DNA from: Promethearchaeota archaeon
Lineage (GTDB): Archaea > Asgardarchaeota > Lokiarchaeia > Sigyniarchaeales > SOKP01
DNA: 28,333 bases
Reading direction: 5' to 3'
NCBI GenBank assembly: GCA_048938025.1
Contig: JBHLMP010000049.1
Span: 1 to 28,333 of the forward strand
Position 1 is the stretch's first letter; each line of letters begins with the position of its first letter. Made by a program: the position numbers and the translations under genes. Shown here piece after piece: positions 1 through 8,756 of this stretch. The notes under the pieces were generated by a model, which was not told the origin of the DNA, made no database searches, and was given only the letters and a program-made list of their open reading frames with translations.

Positions 1-38
1 ATAATTAACTTTTTTATTATTAGATTTTTTGTTGAAAT

Positions 39-1118
39 ATGATGAAATTTTCAGATTTGAGTAAATATATAATATGGTTAATCCTATCACTTATTTTGAT
101 TGGTACGTTCTTTATTGGATTTTTTGTATCTTCAATTCCTTCTGAGTTAATAAAAATAGTGTTGATAATTATTGGAATTATTGTATTTATATTACAGTAT
201 TTAATTATCATTAAATCTTCGATTGGTGCTCTAATTTTACGTAAGAAGTTAGGAGCAGCAATTATGCACAGTTTTAATTTATTATTTTCCTTTATCATAG
301 GATTTACAATTCCTTTAATGGAATCTATAAGTAGAAATAATTTTGCATTAGTAATGTTACCCTTGTTAATCATTTTAAGTTTAATAATTACTGATAAATT
401 CTTTAAGGATTTTGAAAATAGCAAGTATGGAAATTCAAAAATCGATCTTGATCGAAAATTTAATCGCCCAGTTATAGAATTTGAAGGAAAAAAGTATGTT
501 TTTTCAAGTCGATCTTTGATAGCATTAGCAGTTGGCGCTCCACTATTAGCTATATTAATTTATTATTTCTTTGATTGGAAAGTTAATTATTGGTTGCATG
601 AGATAGTGGTTAAACAAACTGTATATTTTCTTAATTTATTCTTTAATATGGGATCAGCAGCTAGCTATTTTCCTTATGGAAACTATTATTGGAGTTTTAT
701 AGTTCCGGGACAGCACAATATTTATTTTGAAACCTTCTGTACGGGAATCCAAGCTATATGTGTATTTGCTGGAATTATTATTTTTATCCCACACTCACTA
801 GATAAAGAAACAAGTAAAGATATAATTTGGAGAAAGGCTAAATCTCTGGTAATATCCTCGTTTATATTTTATGTAGTAAATATTATTCGAATGCTTATTC
901 AAATTGAACTATATTACCTTGGATACCCTTGGGAATCGATTCATGTATCTATAAGTGCGGCGTCATCATTTATTGCCGCAATTATAATTTTATTAATGCA
1001 CAAATGGATTCCAGAGTTTATTATTAGTATAATTTATATTGGAACTTTAATTAAAAAAAAGATTGGAAAAATTGGTAAAACTAAAGAGAGAAATCATAAT
1101 CAACTATTCAAAAATTAA
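39..1118 (+). CDS. Archaeosortase/exosortase-family membrane transpeptidase with an extra N-terminal multi-TM region
   Basis: Many TM segments. The family Cys-Arg-His triad is visible: FETFC234TGIQ, NIIR284M, ESIH302. The first ~125 aa form about 4 additional hydrophobic helices. Start is 39 or 42. Confidence 0.85.
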   Translation: MMKFSDLSKYIIWLILSLILIGTFFIGFFVSSIPSELIKIVLIIIGIIVFILQYLIIIKSSIGALILRKKLGAAIMHSFNLLFSFIIGFTIPLMESISRNNFALVMLPLLIILSLIITDKFFKDFENSKYGNSKIDLDRKFNRPVIEFEGKKYVFSSRSLIALAVGAPLLAILIYYFFDWKVNYWLHEIVVKQTVYFLNLFFNMGSAASYFPYGNYYWSFIVPGQHNIYFETFCTGIQAICVFAGIIIFIPHSLDKETSKDIIWRKAKSLVISSFIFYVVNIIRMLIQIELYYLGYPWESIHVSISAASSFIAAIIILLMHKWIPEFIISIIYIGTLIKKKIGKIGKTKERNHNQLFKN

Positions 1119-1138
1119 ATTAAAGAAAGGAAAAAAAA

Positions 1139-2041
1139 GTGTTAAATTACGAGCAAGAACAAAAAATTGTAGAAATTGGTAATGTAAAGATTGGAGGCCA
1201 ACCAGGAGAAAACTCAACAGTAATGATTGGCACAGTTTTTTATGCTAGGCATCCTGCTTTATTAGATGAAAAGACTGGAAAAATAGACAAGGACCTTGTT
1301 GAGAAGGAGTTAAATGAATTTTCTGAAATAATTGAAGATACAGGAATGCAAGGAATTATTGATGTAGTAGGAGCTTATTCAAAGGCTCTTATAAAAGAAT
1401 GTGAGTTTGTTTCAGAAATTGTTGAATATCCTTTTCTGGTTGATGGATTAAATGATGATTCCCGCATTCCAGCCATGGAAGGCTTGAAAGAGATTGGGTT
1501 ATTAGATAGAGCAATATTAAACAGCATAGATGAAAATACAACTGACGTGAGTTTAAATAAATTAAAGGAGATTGGAGTCAAAAATGCCGTACTATTAACT
1601 TTTGGCTCAAAATATATTTTTCCAAAACAAAAAATTGAATTTTTAAGGAATAAACTTATTCCTAAAGCAGAAAAAGCTGAAATAGTAAATCTTTTAGTAG
1701 ATACTGCTGTTTTAGATTTACCCTCTATTGGTATTAACGTTGAAACTACACGACTAATAAAGACTAAACTTGGGTTACCAACTGGATTTGCACCTGCAAA
1801 TGCAATTTATGGATGGAAATATGGTAAAAAGTTTGGAGAAACATCTAGATGCGGAGCAATTGCCTCCATAATGTCTTATTGTGTTAATGGTGGGAGCGAT
1901 TTTGTTTTGTTCGGGCCTATTAAATTTGCCAAATGTGTTGTACCAGCAATTTCATTAATTTCAGGAATTAATTCCTATTATAGAAAAAGAATTTTAAGAA
2001 AGTCAATATCTGAACATACACCTTTAAATAAAATCTTTTAG
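1139..2041 (+). CDS. mtrH: Tetrahydromethanopterin S-methyltransferase subunit H-like (MtrH/MtgA-type pterin:corrinoid methyltransferase)
   Basis: The N-terminus EQKIVEIGNVKIGGQPGENxTVMIGTVFYxRH and the motifs RAILNSI, LVDTAVLD and GSDFVLFGPI are typical of MtrH. GTG start, 20 nt after the upstream stop. Confidence 0.85.
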   Translation: MLNYEQEQKIVEIGNVKIGGQPGENSTVMIGTVFYARHPALLDEKTGKIDKDLVEKELNEFSEIIEDTGMQGIIDVVGAYSKALIKECEFVSEIVEYPFLVDGLNDDSRIPAMEGLKEIGLLDRAILNSIDENTTDVSLNKLKEIGVKNAVLLTFGSKYIFPKQKIEFLRNKLIPKAEKAEIVNLLVDTAVLDLPSIGINVETTRLIKTKLGLPTGFAPANAIYGWKYGKKFGETSRCGAIASIMSYCVNGGSDFVLFGPIKFAKCVVPAISLISGINSYYRKRILRKSISEHTPLNKIF

Positions 2042-3537
2042 GCAATATATCTTATTAATAAATCCTTTGTACGATTTAGGAAATTTGGTAAACTACTATT
2101 AATTTTTTCTTTTTTATTTTCATCATCTAAAAGAAATAAGAGATACATTTCATACATATAGATATTTATTTTTTTAAAAAGAATGGTGGATTCTGCTACT
2201 TTAAATATAGCTTCATCTTCTTTTATTGCTTTATATTTAGAAAAGATCTTAAATAACATAGCAAATTGTGGTGCTGTGATTTCAAATACGTTTAACAATT
2301 CCTCTGTTTTAGGTATATTTGTTAAAGATACAGCCTCAGGAGTATAATAATCTGCTAGTACTAAACCATCATTGCTTAACATTAGTGTTAAATAGGTCCC
2401 AGTTTCTCTTGAAAAATTCTCTAAATTATGCCCGATTAATTCCTTATTAGGACTTAGTTTTGATATTCCGGAGGAGAAAGCCCTTAAAATTGAAAAGAGA
2501 CGAAATATACTGGTTATATAAATTTCTGGTTTATCATCTGAATCTATATTAATTAATTTATCCTTAATTGTTTTTAAATTATCATTTAGTTCCTTAGATT
2601 CAAGAATATCAGGGTCTCCCTTCGATAAAATATACACAATTGGAGTATTTTGCCTAAAATTTTTTAAAATATTAGTTATTTTTTGAAGATATTCAAAGCT
2701 CTCGTCAAATCTATATCTATTTCTTATATCAATAAAGTAAAAAATTAAATCTGCTTCGTATAAATAAATCTGAGCTCTATTGAGATATTTCTCTCTAAGG
2801 CTTAATTGGCCCCCCAAATCCCATAAAAAAATTGTTGTACCAAGTGTTTCAATAGAACTCACTTCGGCTCCAAATGTTGGTTTTAATCCCATTAACTTAG
2901 AAAACTTTCTATCTATGGATAATAGAAATGAGGTTTTACCTGAATCATCTAAGCCAGCAAATATAATTTTCATTCTTCTTTGGGTTGTAATAGGTGTTGT
3001 AGGTGTTTCCTCAATCTTACGAACTTTTTCTAAGAAAATTTTAAAGTAGTGCTCAATATCCTCCTGCGATTTGAATTCATTAACAATTTCATTATCAAAA
3101 ACTTGAAATAAATCCAAAATAATGTTTTTAAGCCTACTAATGTTATTGTACAAAAAGCTTCTTTTATTCTCATCCACAAATAGAGAAAAAGATGTTGCTA
3201 AAGGTTCTTGGTTAAATTTTACATTTATAAAATGAAAAAATGTTAGTGAAGTTAAATTGAAATCTGGAAATGGGATTATACCAAAATACTGAAATTTTGC
3301 AACATCCACTCTATTAAAAATAGAACTATCACCAATTAAGAGACTCAAATTTTTTATTGAAATTTGAGTATAGTCTCTTAAATTTAAATCGAGAATTGCA
3401 TCGTGCGTAGATTCTTTTGCTTCAAATATATTTTGCTCACTAGGTTTTGGAAACATGTATATTGGTTGAGGCCCTAGTACATCATAGGCGCTGAATAGAA
3501 TTCCTCTAACTATTGATGATTTAAGTAGTTCTTCCAT
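2038..3537 (-). CDS. Rag/Arf-like small GTPase with N-terminal uDENN/longin-like domain and C-terminal roadblock-like domain (GTPase A)
   Basis: G1 GLDDSGKTS, G2 KPTFG, G3 WDLGGQ, variant G4 SKGD, G5 TSI. The N-terminal region is ILFSAYDVLGPQP. The C-terminal region includes LMLSNDGLVLADY. Clear paralog of 10781..12199. Confidence 0.85.
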   Translation of the reverse strand: MEELLKSSIVRGILFSAYDVLGPQPIYMFPKPSEQNIFEAKESTHDAILDLNLRDYTQISIKNLSLLIGDSSIFNRVDVAKFQYFGIIPFPDFNLTSLTFFHFINVKFNQEPLATSFSLFVDENKRSFLYNNISRLKNIILDLFQVFDNEIVNEFKSQEDIEHYFKIFLEKVRKIEETPTTPITTQRRMKIIFAGLDDSGKTSFLLSIDRKFSKLMGLKPTFGAEVSSIETLGTTIFLWDLGGQLSLREKYLNRAQIYLYEADLIFYFIDIRNRYRFDESFEYLQKITNILKNFRQNTPIVYILSKGDPDILESKELNDNLKTIKDKLINIDSDDKPEIYITSIFRLFSILRAFSSGISKLSPNKELIGHNLENFSRETGTYLTLMLSNDGLVLADYYTPEAVSLTNIPKTEELLNVFEITAPQFAMLFKIFSKYKAIKEDEAIFKVAESTILFKKINIYMYEMYLLFLLDDENKKEKINSSLPNFLNRTKDLLIRYIA

Positions 3538-3621
3538 TACCTGAAGCTTTTGATTTAATTAGAATAAAAACACTTATATTATTTTTTAGGATAATTAATT
3601 ATTTATATATTAGATTTGTAT

Positions 3622-4578
3622 ATGCTAAAAAGAATTGCAGATAGTATTCGAAATAATGAAAATATACTTGAGAAAAAAGAAATTAATCCAATAGTCCAAT
3701 TTATTAATAAAAATTCCTTTAAAAGTAAAAATGTTTTTTCTGATATTGGAGAGGATTCAGCTGCAATAAAAGACAATAAAAGTTATATTTTAGTAACAAC
3801 CGACCGAATCAAAACAGAATTCATAGAAAACTTTCCGTTTGGAGCAGGTTTCAGTTCGATTTTAGTTGGCGTTGATGATATCTATTGTTGTGGGGGAAAA
3901 CCAATAGCTGTAAGTATAATTCTTTCATATAAGGATTCTGATATAGGAAAAAAAATTATTGAGGGAATTTGTGAAGGCTCGCAAAAATTTCAATTACCAA
4001 TAATAAGAGGTCATACAAAACCAGATAGTAATCACTATGAACTTAGTTCCACTCTTATTGGAAAAATTAAAAAAGAAAACTATATATCTGCAATAAATGC
4101 TAAAGAGAACGATGATATAATTTTAGCAGTAGATTTTGATGGAAAAGTAGGCAAAGCCAGTGAATATTACTGGGATACAGTTACATTTAAAAGTAGTACT
4201 GAAATATTACAAAAAAGAGAGTCAATGAATCTTATTGCTGAAAAACATTTGGCTAATTCATCAAAAGATATCTCTAATGGCGGGATTTTTGGAACTTTAT
4301 TACAATTAATAAAATATTCAAAGGTGGGCGCAAATGTGAATATCAATAACATCTATATTCCTGAATTTTTACTTAATCAAAATTATACTTTAAATAAATA
4401 TATACAAATGTATTTAACAACCTCATATATTCTAACCACATCAAAATACAATTCACCGAAAATTTTAAATATATTTTCAAAATTTGGTTTACATGCTAAT
4501 ATTATTGGGAAAATCATAAAAGGAAACCAATTAAAAATCAATAATGGCAAAGAATCATTACAAGTTATGAGCTATTAA
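3622..4578 (+). CDS. AIR synthase-related (PurM/ThiL/SelD superfamily) protein, similar to the methanogenesis marker 2/sll0787 type
   Basis: Motifs IGEDSAAI, GVDDIYCCGGKP, IIRGHT and KDISNGGIFGTL. ATG at 3622 is preferred over TTG at 3616. Confidence 0.75.
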   Translation: MLKRIADSIRNNENILEKKEINPIVQFINKNSFKSKNVFSDIGEDSAAIKDNKSYILVTTDRIKTEFIENFPFGAGFSSILVGVDDIYCCGGKPIAVSIILSYKDSDIGKKIIEGICEGSQKFQLPIIRGHTKPDSNHYELSSTLIGKIKKENYISAINAKENDDIILAVDFDGKVGKASEYYWDTVTFKSSTEILQKRESMNLIAEKHLANSSKDISNGGIFGTLLQLIKYSKVGANVNINNIYIPEFLLNQNYTLNKYIQMYLTTSYILTTSKYNSPKILNIFSKFGLHANIIGKIIKGNQLKINNGKESLQVMSY

Positions 4579-4598
4579 AGGATTGAGGATTAGAAATC

Positions 4599-5156
4599 AT
4601 GAATTTTAACTATAGAGAAAATATTAAGGGTATTGTTTCAATAATAGGTGCAAGTGAAGTGGATAATAAGACAGAAAAACTAACTTTTGAGTTGGGAAAA
4701 TTATTAGCACAAAATAAATATGCCGTAGCTTGCGGAGGCTTATCTGGTGTAATGGAGGCAATATGTAAAGGTGTTAAAGAAGAAAACGGATTAACAATAG
4801 GAATCATTCCCTTTATTGAGAAATCAGCTGCAAATAAATATGTTGATATTGTTATTCCGGTCCCTTTTTCTCAAGCTAGAAATATTGTAGTGGTTTTAAC
4901 AGGGGATATTTGTATTGCGATTGGTGGAAAAGCAGGCACCTTATCTGAGATTTGTTTTGCATGGATATATCAAAAACCAATAATTGCTCTATCTAATATA
5001 TCAGGTTGGTCATCTAAAATTTCAAATCAAAAAATTGATGATAGAAGGTCTGATAAAATACATGGAGTTGAAACTCCTCAAGAGGCAATTAAAAAAATTG
5101 ATGAATTGCTGAACTTAAATAGTAAAATAAGCAGAAATGTTAAAGATAAATTTTAA
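4599..5156 (+). CDS. LOG/SLOG-family Rossmann-fold nucleotide-binding protein (TIGR00725-like)
   Basis: Motifs CGGLSGVMEAICKG, GLTIGIIP, ARNIVVV and GGKAGTLSE. Confidence 0.88.
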   Translation: MNFNYRENIKGIVSIIGASEVDNKTEKLTFELGKLLAQNKYAVACGGLSGVMEAICKGVKEENGLTIGIIPFIEKSAANKYVDIVIPVPFSQARNIVVVLTGDICIAIGGKAGTLSEICFAWIYQKPIIALSNISGWSSKISNQKIDDRRSDKIHGVETPQEAIKKIDELLNLNSKISRNVKDKF

Positions 5157-5207
5157 ATATATTTTATAAATGAAAATAATATTACCTATCAAAATCTTGA
5201 GAATAGT

Positions 5208-5459
5208 ATGGTAAAAATTACTGGAGGAAGTGGAAGTTCCTTAGATGATGCTATAATCATTTCTGATTGTTCTCACTTTGAAGGCATTGACCAAGAATAT
5301 GTTATATTAAAGAAAAGATTTGGTAATTATAAACTCATAAAACAGAGTCTGATTGAAGAAAGCGGAAAAATATTTGATCTTTTAGAAATACAATTAGATG
5401 ATGGGAGTAAGACTGAAGTATATTTTGAAGTAACAGATTTTTTTGGAATCGGGTTTTAG
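5208..5459 (+). CDS. Small conserved hypothetical protein
   Basis: 83-aa ORF with ATG start and a protein-like pattern (GGSGSSLDDAIII...QSL...FDLLEI...VYFEVTDFFG). Co-oriented with the upstream genes. Confidence 0.7.
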   Translation: MVKITGGSGSSLDDAIIISDCSHFEGIDQEYVILKKRFGNYKLIKQSLIEESGKIFDLLEIQLDDGSKTEVYFEVTDFFGIGF

Positions 5460-5640
5460 AATTATGTTTTCAATAAATTACCTTGCAAATAAAATCGATT
5501 TTAAAAATATTATTTTACGTAAACGTGAAGATTATTGAGATTTTAAAAATTTTATACGAAAGAATTTTATACAATAAGATAATCTATTTTTTATAAAAGA
5601 ATATATTTATATTTTGTTTTAATTATCAAAACCTTAGAAA

Positions 5641-5645
5641 GGTGA
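5641..5645 (+). promoter_or_regulatory. Shine-Dalgarno-like GGTGA before the TTG start at 5652
   Basis: AAAGGTGA ends 6 nt upstream of the TTG. Confidence 0.5.
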
Positions 5646-5651
5646 ATTTAT

Positions 5652-6614
5652 TTGTCAATCCAATATTTAACAAAGAAAAAAGATGAAAGACCTGCTGAAC
5701 CTTCTAAGATTTTATTCACAGGACTTGACGCAGCAGGTAAAACCACAATCATTTTAGGGTTACAGCGTGAATTTTCTAAGATAGCTTTGCTTAAACCAAC
5801 TCGTGGTGCGCAAAGAAGAATATTTGAATTTTTAGGGAGAGATATAGCAGAATGGGATTTGGGAGGTCAAGTTTCTTATCGAATTGCCTATTTAAAAAAT
5901 CCAGGAAAATATTTTGATGGCACTGAGATTGCTATATATGTGATAGATATACAAAATAAGGCTAGAATCCCAGAAGCAATAAGTTATTTTAAAGATGTTG
6001 TTGAACAGTTTAAGAAACTTGAAATCTCACCTCCTATCTATGTCTTCCTACATAAGTATGATCCCGCACTAATCCGTAATGCTTTAAATGAACTAAAAAC
6101 ATTAGAAATTGAACTAAAAGAAAGAATTAAAAATGTTGTTGATTATAGGGAAATATACTTTTATAATACATCTATTTATGATTTACCATCAATAATTAAA
6201 GCAATGTCTGAGATTTTGTTGAACTTATATCCAAAAGCAGATTTAATAGAGAAAACAATAAATCAATTTGCCGAAAAAGTTAACTCTGAGGGAGTAGTTA
6301 TTCTTGATGATAATTCCCTTATATTAGGAGCATATTATAAAAATGATGAAGCACGAAATCTCTTGTCAGCATCCACACCTTATTTCTTAGCGCTGAATGA
6401 CAATCTTCAATTTACACAAGTTTTACCTGGAAAAGAATATGATGAAAGCAAAATGGTAGTACAAAGATTTGGTAGAAATTTTATTTTTAAACAATTATCG
6501 CTAAAAGAAGGAACTACTCCTTACTATTTAATTATGCTTAAGCAAGATCCAAATGTACTTAAGGAAGATTTTGACTGTTTTTCTAATTTATTAAGTGAAA
6601 TCCTCTATAAATAA
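5652..6614 (+). CDS. Rag-like small GTPase with C-terminal roadblock-like domain (GTPase B)
   Basis: G1 GLDAAGKTT, G2 KPTRG, G3 WDLGGQ, Rag-type G4 HKYD, G5 TSIYD. These are followed by AMSEILLNLYP...INQFAEKVNSEGVVILDDNSLILG, which resembles the Rag linker and roadblock domain. Confidence 0.85.
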   Translation: MSIQYLTKKKDERPAEPSKILFTGLDAAGKTTIILGLQREFSKIALLKPTRGAQRRIFEFLGRDIAEWDLGGQVSYRIAYLKNPGKYFDGTEIAIYVIDIQNKARIPEAISYFKDVVEQFKKLEISPPIYVFLHKYDPALIRNALNELKTLEIELKERIKNVVDYREIYFYNTSIYDLPSIIKAMSEILLNLYPKADLIEKTINQFAEKVNSEGVVILDDNSLILGAYYKNDEARNLLSASTPYFLALNDNLQFTQVLPGKEYDESKMVVQRFGRNFIFKQLSLKEGTTPYYLIMLKQDPNVLKEDFDCFSNLLSEILYK

Positions 6615-6827
6615 GTTAAAATAATTAAAAAGACTTTCTTTCATAATAAATTACCTTCTTTTTCTTAAAATTTAGATTTAAATTTATTTAATAAATAAGA
6701 TTTATAATTTATTGATATATTAATTCATTTTTAGAAAAATTCAGAATTTCTTCGATAAATAAACATTAATAAAATTTGATTATCATTATTATAATACAAA
6801 ACTTACTTTATGTTTTAAATTTAAAAA

Positions 6828-7784
6828 ATGATAATATGCTCTAATTGTGGAACAACTAATTCTTCAGAAGAACGTATTTGTAGAACATGTGGAGCTCTTC
6901 TCCCTGTCTCGAATAAATCACCACGAACTAAAATTGTATCTAACAAAAAGAAAACCAAATCAAAAAAAAAAGCAATTCAAGAAAATGTCATTGAAAAACC
7001 TTCATTATTGGAGCTACAAGAAATACCAAAGGAATTCGATGAACCGCATTTAAAAGTAAATGATTCACCTGAATATAAAGATATCACTCAAAAATCAGTT
7101 GAGGATAGAAATATAAATGACGAAGAAGAACAGGAAATATTAAAAGAAATAACTCCTAAACCATTTAGAGGATCAATCTTATCTTCTAAAGTAGTATTCG
7201 GAACCCCTCCTGTTAAGGCGACTAAAAAAATCTCTAAACAAACTTTGGAAGGTCAAGAATCTACTTTATTAAAGCAAAAACAACTGGAAGAAGATATGAC
7301 AAAAGTTCTTAAATTTCTTTCAAAAAAAATCACAGTTGAAGAATTACCCTCTGAGAAAACTATAGGAAAAAAAAAAGAAAAAGAAAAGGCTATATCTCCA
7401 TCAAGTATGAATGAAATTTTGAAAGATTTATTAAAACTTGACCTCCATATCGAAGCTTCAGCAATCATCAAAAAGGATGGCACTATTCTCGCCTCAGCCA
7501 TCTCTTCTCGTATGTCTGATTCCTTATTTGCTACGATCGGTCAAAGTTTATCCTTAATCGGAATGGATATAATTGAAAGTTTAAGTGCTGGTAAACTACT
7601 AAATATCTCATTGCGTGGCACTAATGGAGTTCTGGATCTAGCACCCATTGACATTAAAACAACTCAAGGGAGTGATATGATATTAATTATTCTTTCGCAT
7701 CCACGAGTTAAGAGCGGAATAATTCATTTTGCGGCAAATATTGTTAAAAAACAAGTTAAAGAATATTTAGGTCTATCAAAATAA
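6828..7784 (+). CDS. Zinc-ribbon protein with a long charged linker and a C-terminal Roadblock/LC7 (MglB/LAMTOR-like) domain
   Basis: N-terminal CSNC...CRTC, then a Lys/Glu-rich low-complexity linker. The C-terminus IEASAIIKKDGTILASAI...ISLRGTNGVLDL...LIILSHPRVKSGII is typical of roadblock domains. Confidence 0.8.
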   Translation: MIICSNCGTTNSSEERICRTCGALLPVSNKSPRTKIVSNKKKTKSKKKAIQENVIEKPSLLELQEIPKEFDEPHLKVNDSPEYKDITQKSVEDRNINDEEEQEILKEITPKPFRGSILSSKVVFGTPPVKATKKISKQTLEGQESTLLKQKQLEEDMTKVLKFLSKKITVEELPSEKTIGKKKEKEKAISPSSMNEILKDLLKLDLHIEASAIIKKDGTILASAISSRMSDSLFATIGQSLSLIGMDIIESLSAGKLLNISLRGTNGVLDLAPIDIKTTQGSDMILIILSHPRVKSGIIHFAANIVKKQVKEYLGLSK

Positions 7785-7791
7785 GTTACCC

Positions 7792-8589
7792 TTAAAAAAT
7801 TTGTTGTTGAAGAGATATTTTGCTAATTTTTAGAGTTCTAAAATATGATAAATTTTTTTTAATTTCCTGTAGAAAAGAATTAAGTCTATAAATCGAAACT
7901 AAAGGTACAAAATTTTCACTAATTTTAATCCAATTTTCTTCTAATGTTACCATTAAGGGAATGATTATTATTGGCATTTTTATTTTCCAATTACTTCTCT
8001 GGCCTATTAGGGATTGCATGAGACTTGATAAAATTTCAGGATTTTTTTGAAGAACTAGCGCTCTTTGATATTGTAAATTCGCTGCTTTATTAATCATACT
8101 ATAAATGTCTCTCTTTTTCCATTGTTTTGCATCAATAACTAAAAGATAATTATGATCTAAACCTATAATGTCAATTTCATATTTTTTTTGATTAGTTTTC
8201 TTCCTAAAATATGATCTATCTGAAAATCGATAGTTCTTTACTGTTCTATAACCATTCTTTGTAAGAATTTCTTGGATTAAATATTCAAAACCATTATAAT
8301 CTAATAAATTGGATAATTTCTTAATATCTAACTTTAAAATATTAATAGCTTCAATAATGAATAGGATTTTATTAATTGCAAAGTAGTTATTATAGGGACC
8401 TTTTTTAATTGAAATAAATTCAAAATTATTTACAAACTCATGTAATTTCAAATCATTAAATTTTTTTAAAAATCTAATATCATACATTTCACACCAGATC
8501 TCAATCGTATCCTTAGCTGAATCAATTAAAATATGGTAAATTTCATTAAAAAATTGTTTTATACCCAACTCGGAAAGTTGATAAGGCAT
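7792..8589 (-). CDS. PD-(D/E)xK restriction-endonuclease-like (Mrr/NERD-type) protein
   Basis: FEYLIQEILTKNGY...EIDIIG...LVIDAKQW gives the E...D...(D/E)xK catalytic pattern. Confidence 0.75.
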   Translation of the reverse strand: MPYQLSELGIKQFFNEIYHILIDSAKDTIEIWCEMYDIRFLKKFNDLKLHEFVNNFEFISIKKGPYNNYFAINKILFIIEAINILKLDIKKLSNLLDYNGFEYLIQEILTKNGYRTVKNYRFSDRSYFRKKTNQKKYEIDIIGLDHNYLLVIDAKQWKKRDIYSMINKAANLQYQRALVLQKNPEILSSLMQSLIGQRSNWKIKMPIIIIPLMVTLEENWIKISENFVPLVSIYRLNSFLQEIKKNLSYFRTLKISKISLQQQIF

Positions 8590-8756
8590 ATTAATAATAT
8601 TTTTATACGTAAAAATAAACCAAGGGGACTTTAAGAATAATGATTTTAGATTTAAGTAGATATTTTTATATCATAATTTAATTAAATTATAATGAATTCA
8701 TAGTGTTAGCATTGTAAATTTAATTTATTAACATTTTGAATAATTTGGAATTAAGA

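Noticed and set aside
20-424. 134-aa minus-strand ORF
   Set aside because: It is an antisense shadow of the archaeosortase gene and has no motif.
3622-4578. Possible SelD or a selenocysteine-recoded gene
   Set aside because: There is no N-terminal Cys/Sec-x-x-Lys SelD motif, no in-frame TGA and no SECIS-like hairpin evident.
5497-5550. Direct repeat GATTTTAAAAAT (5497-5508, 5539-5550) with a TTTACGTAAA palindrome between
   Set aside because: Only two low-complexity copies in a very AT-rich spacer. It is not a CRISPR array and is plausible by chance.
6962-7376. Two A10 tracts in the Zn-ribbon-roadblock gene as slippage or phase-variation sites
   Set aside because: Poly-Lys AAA codons in an AT-rich genome explain them, and the frame is intact.
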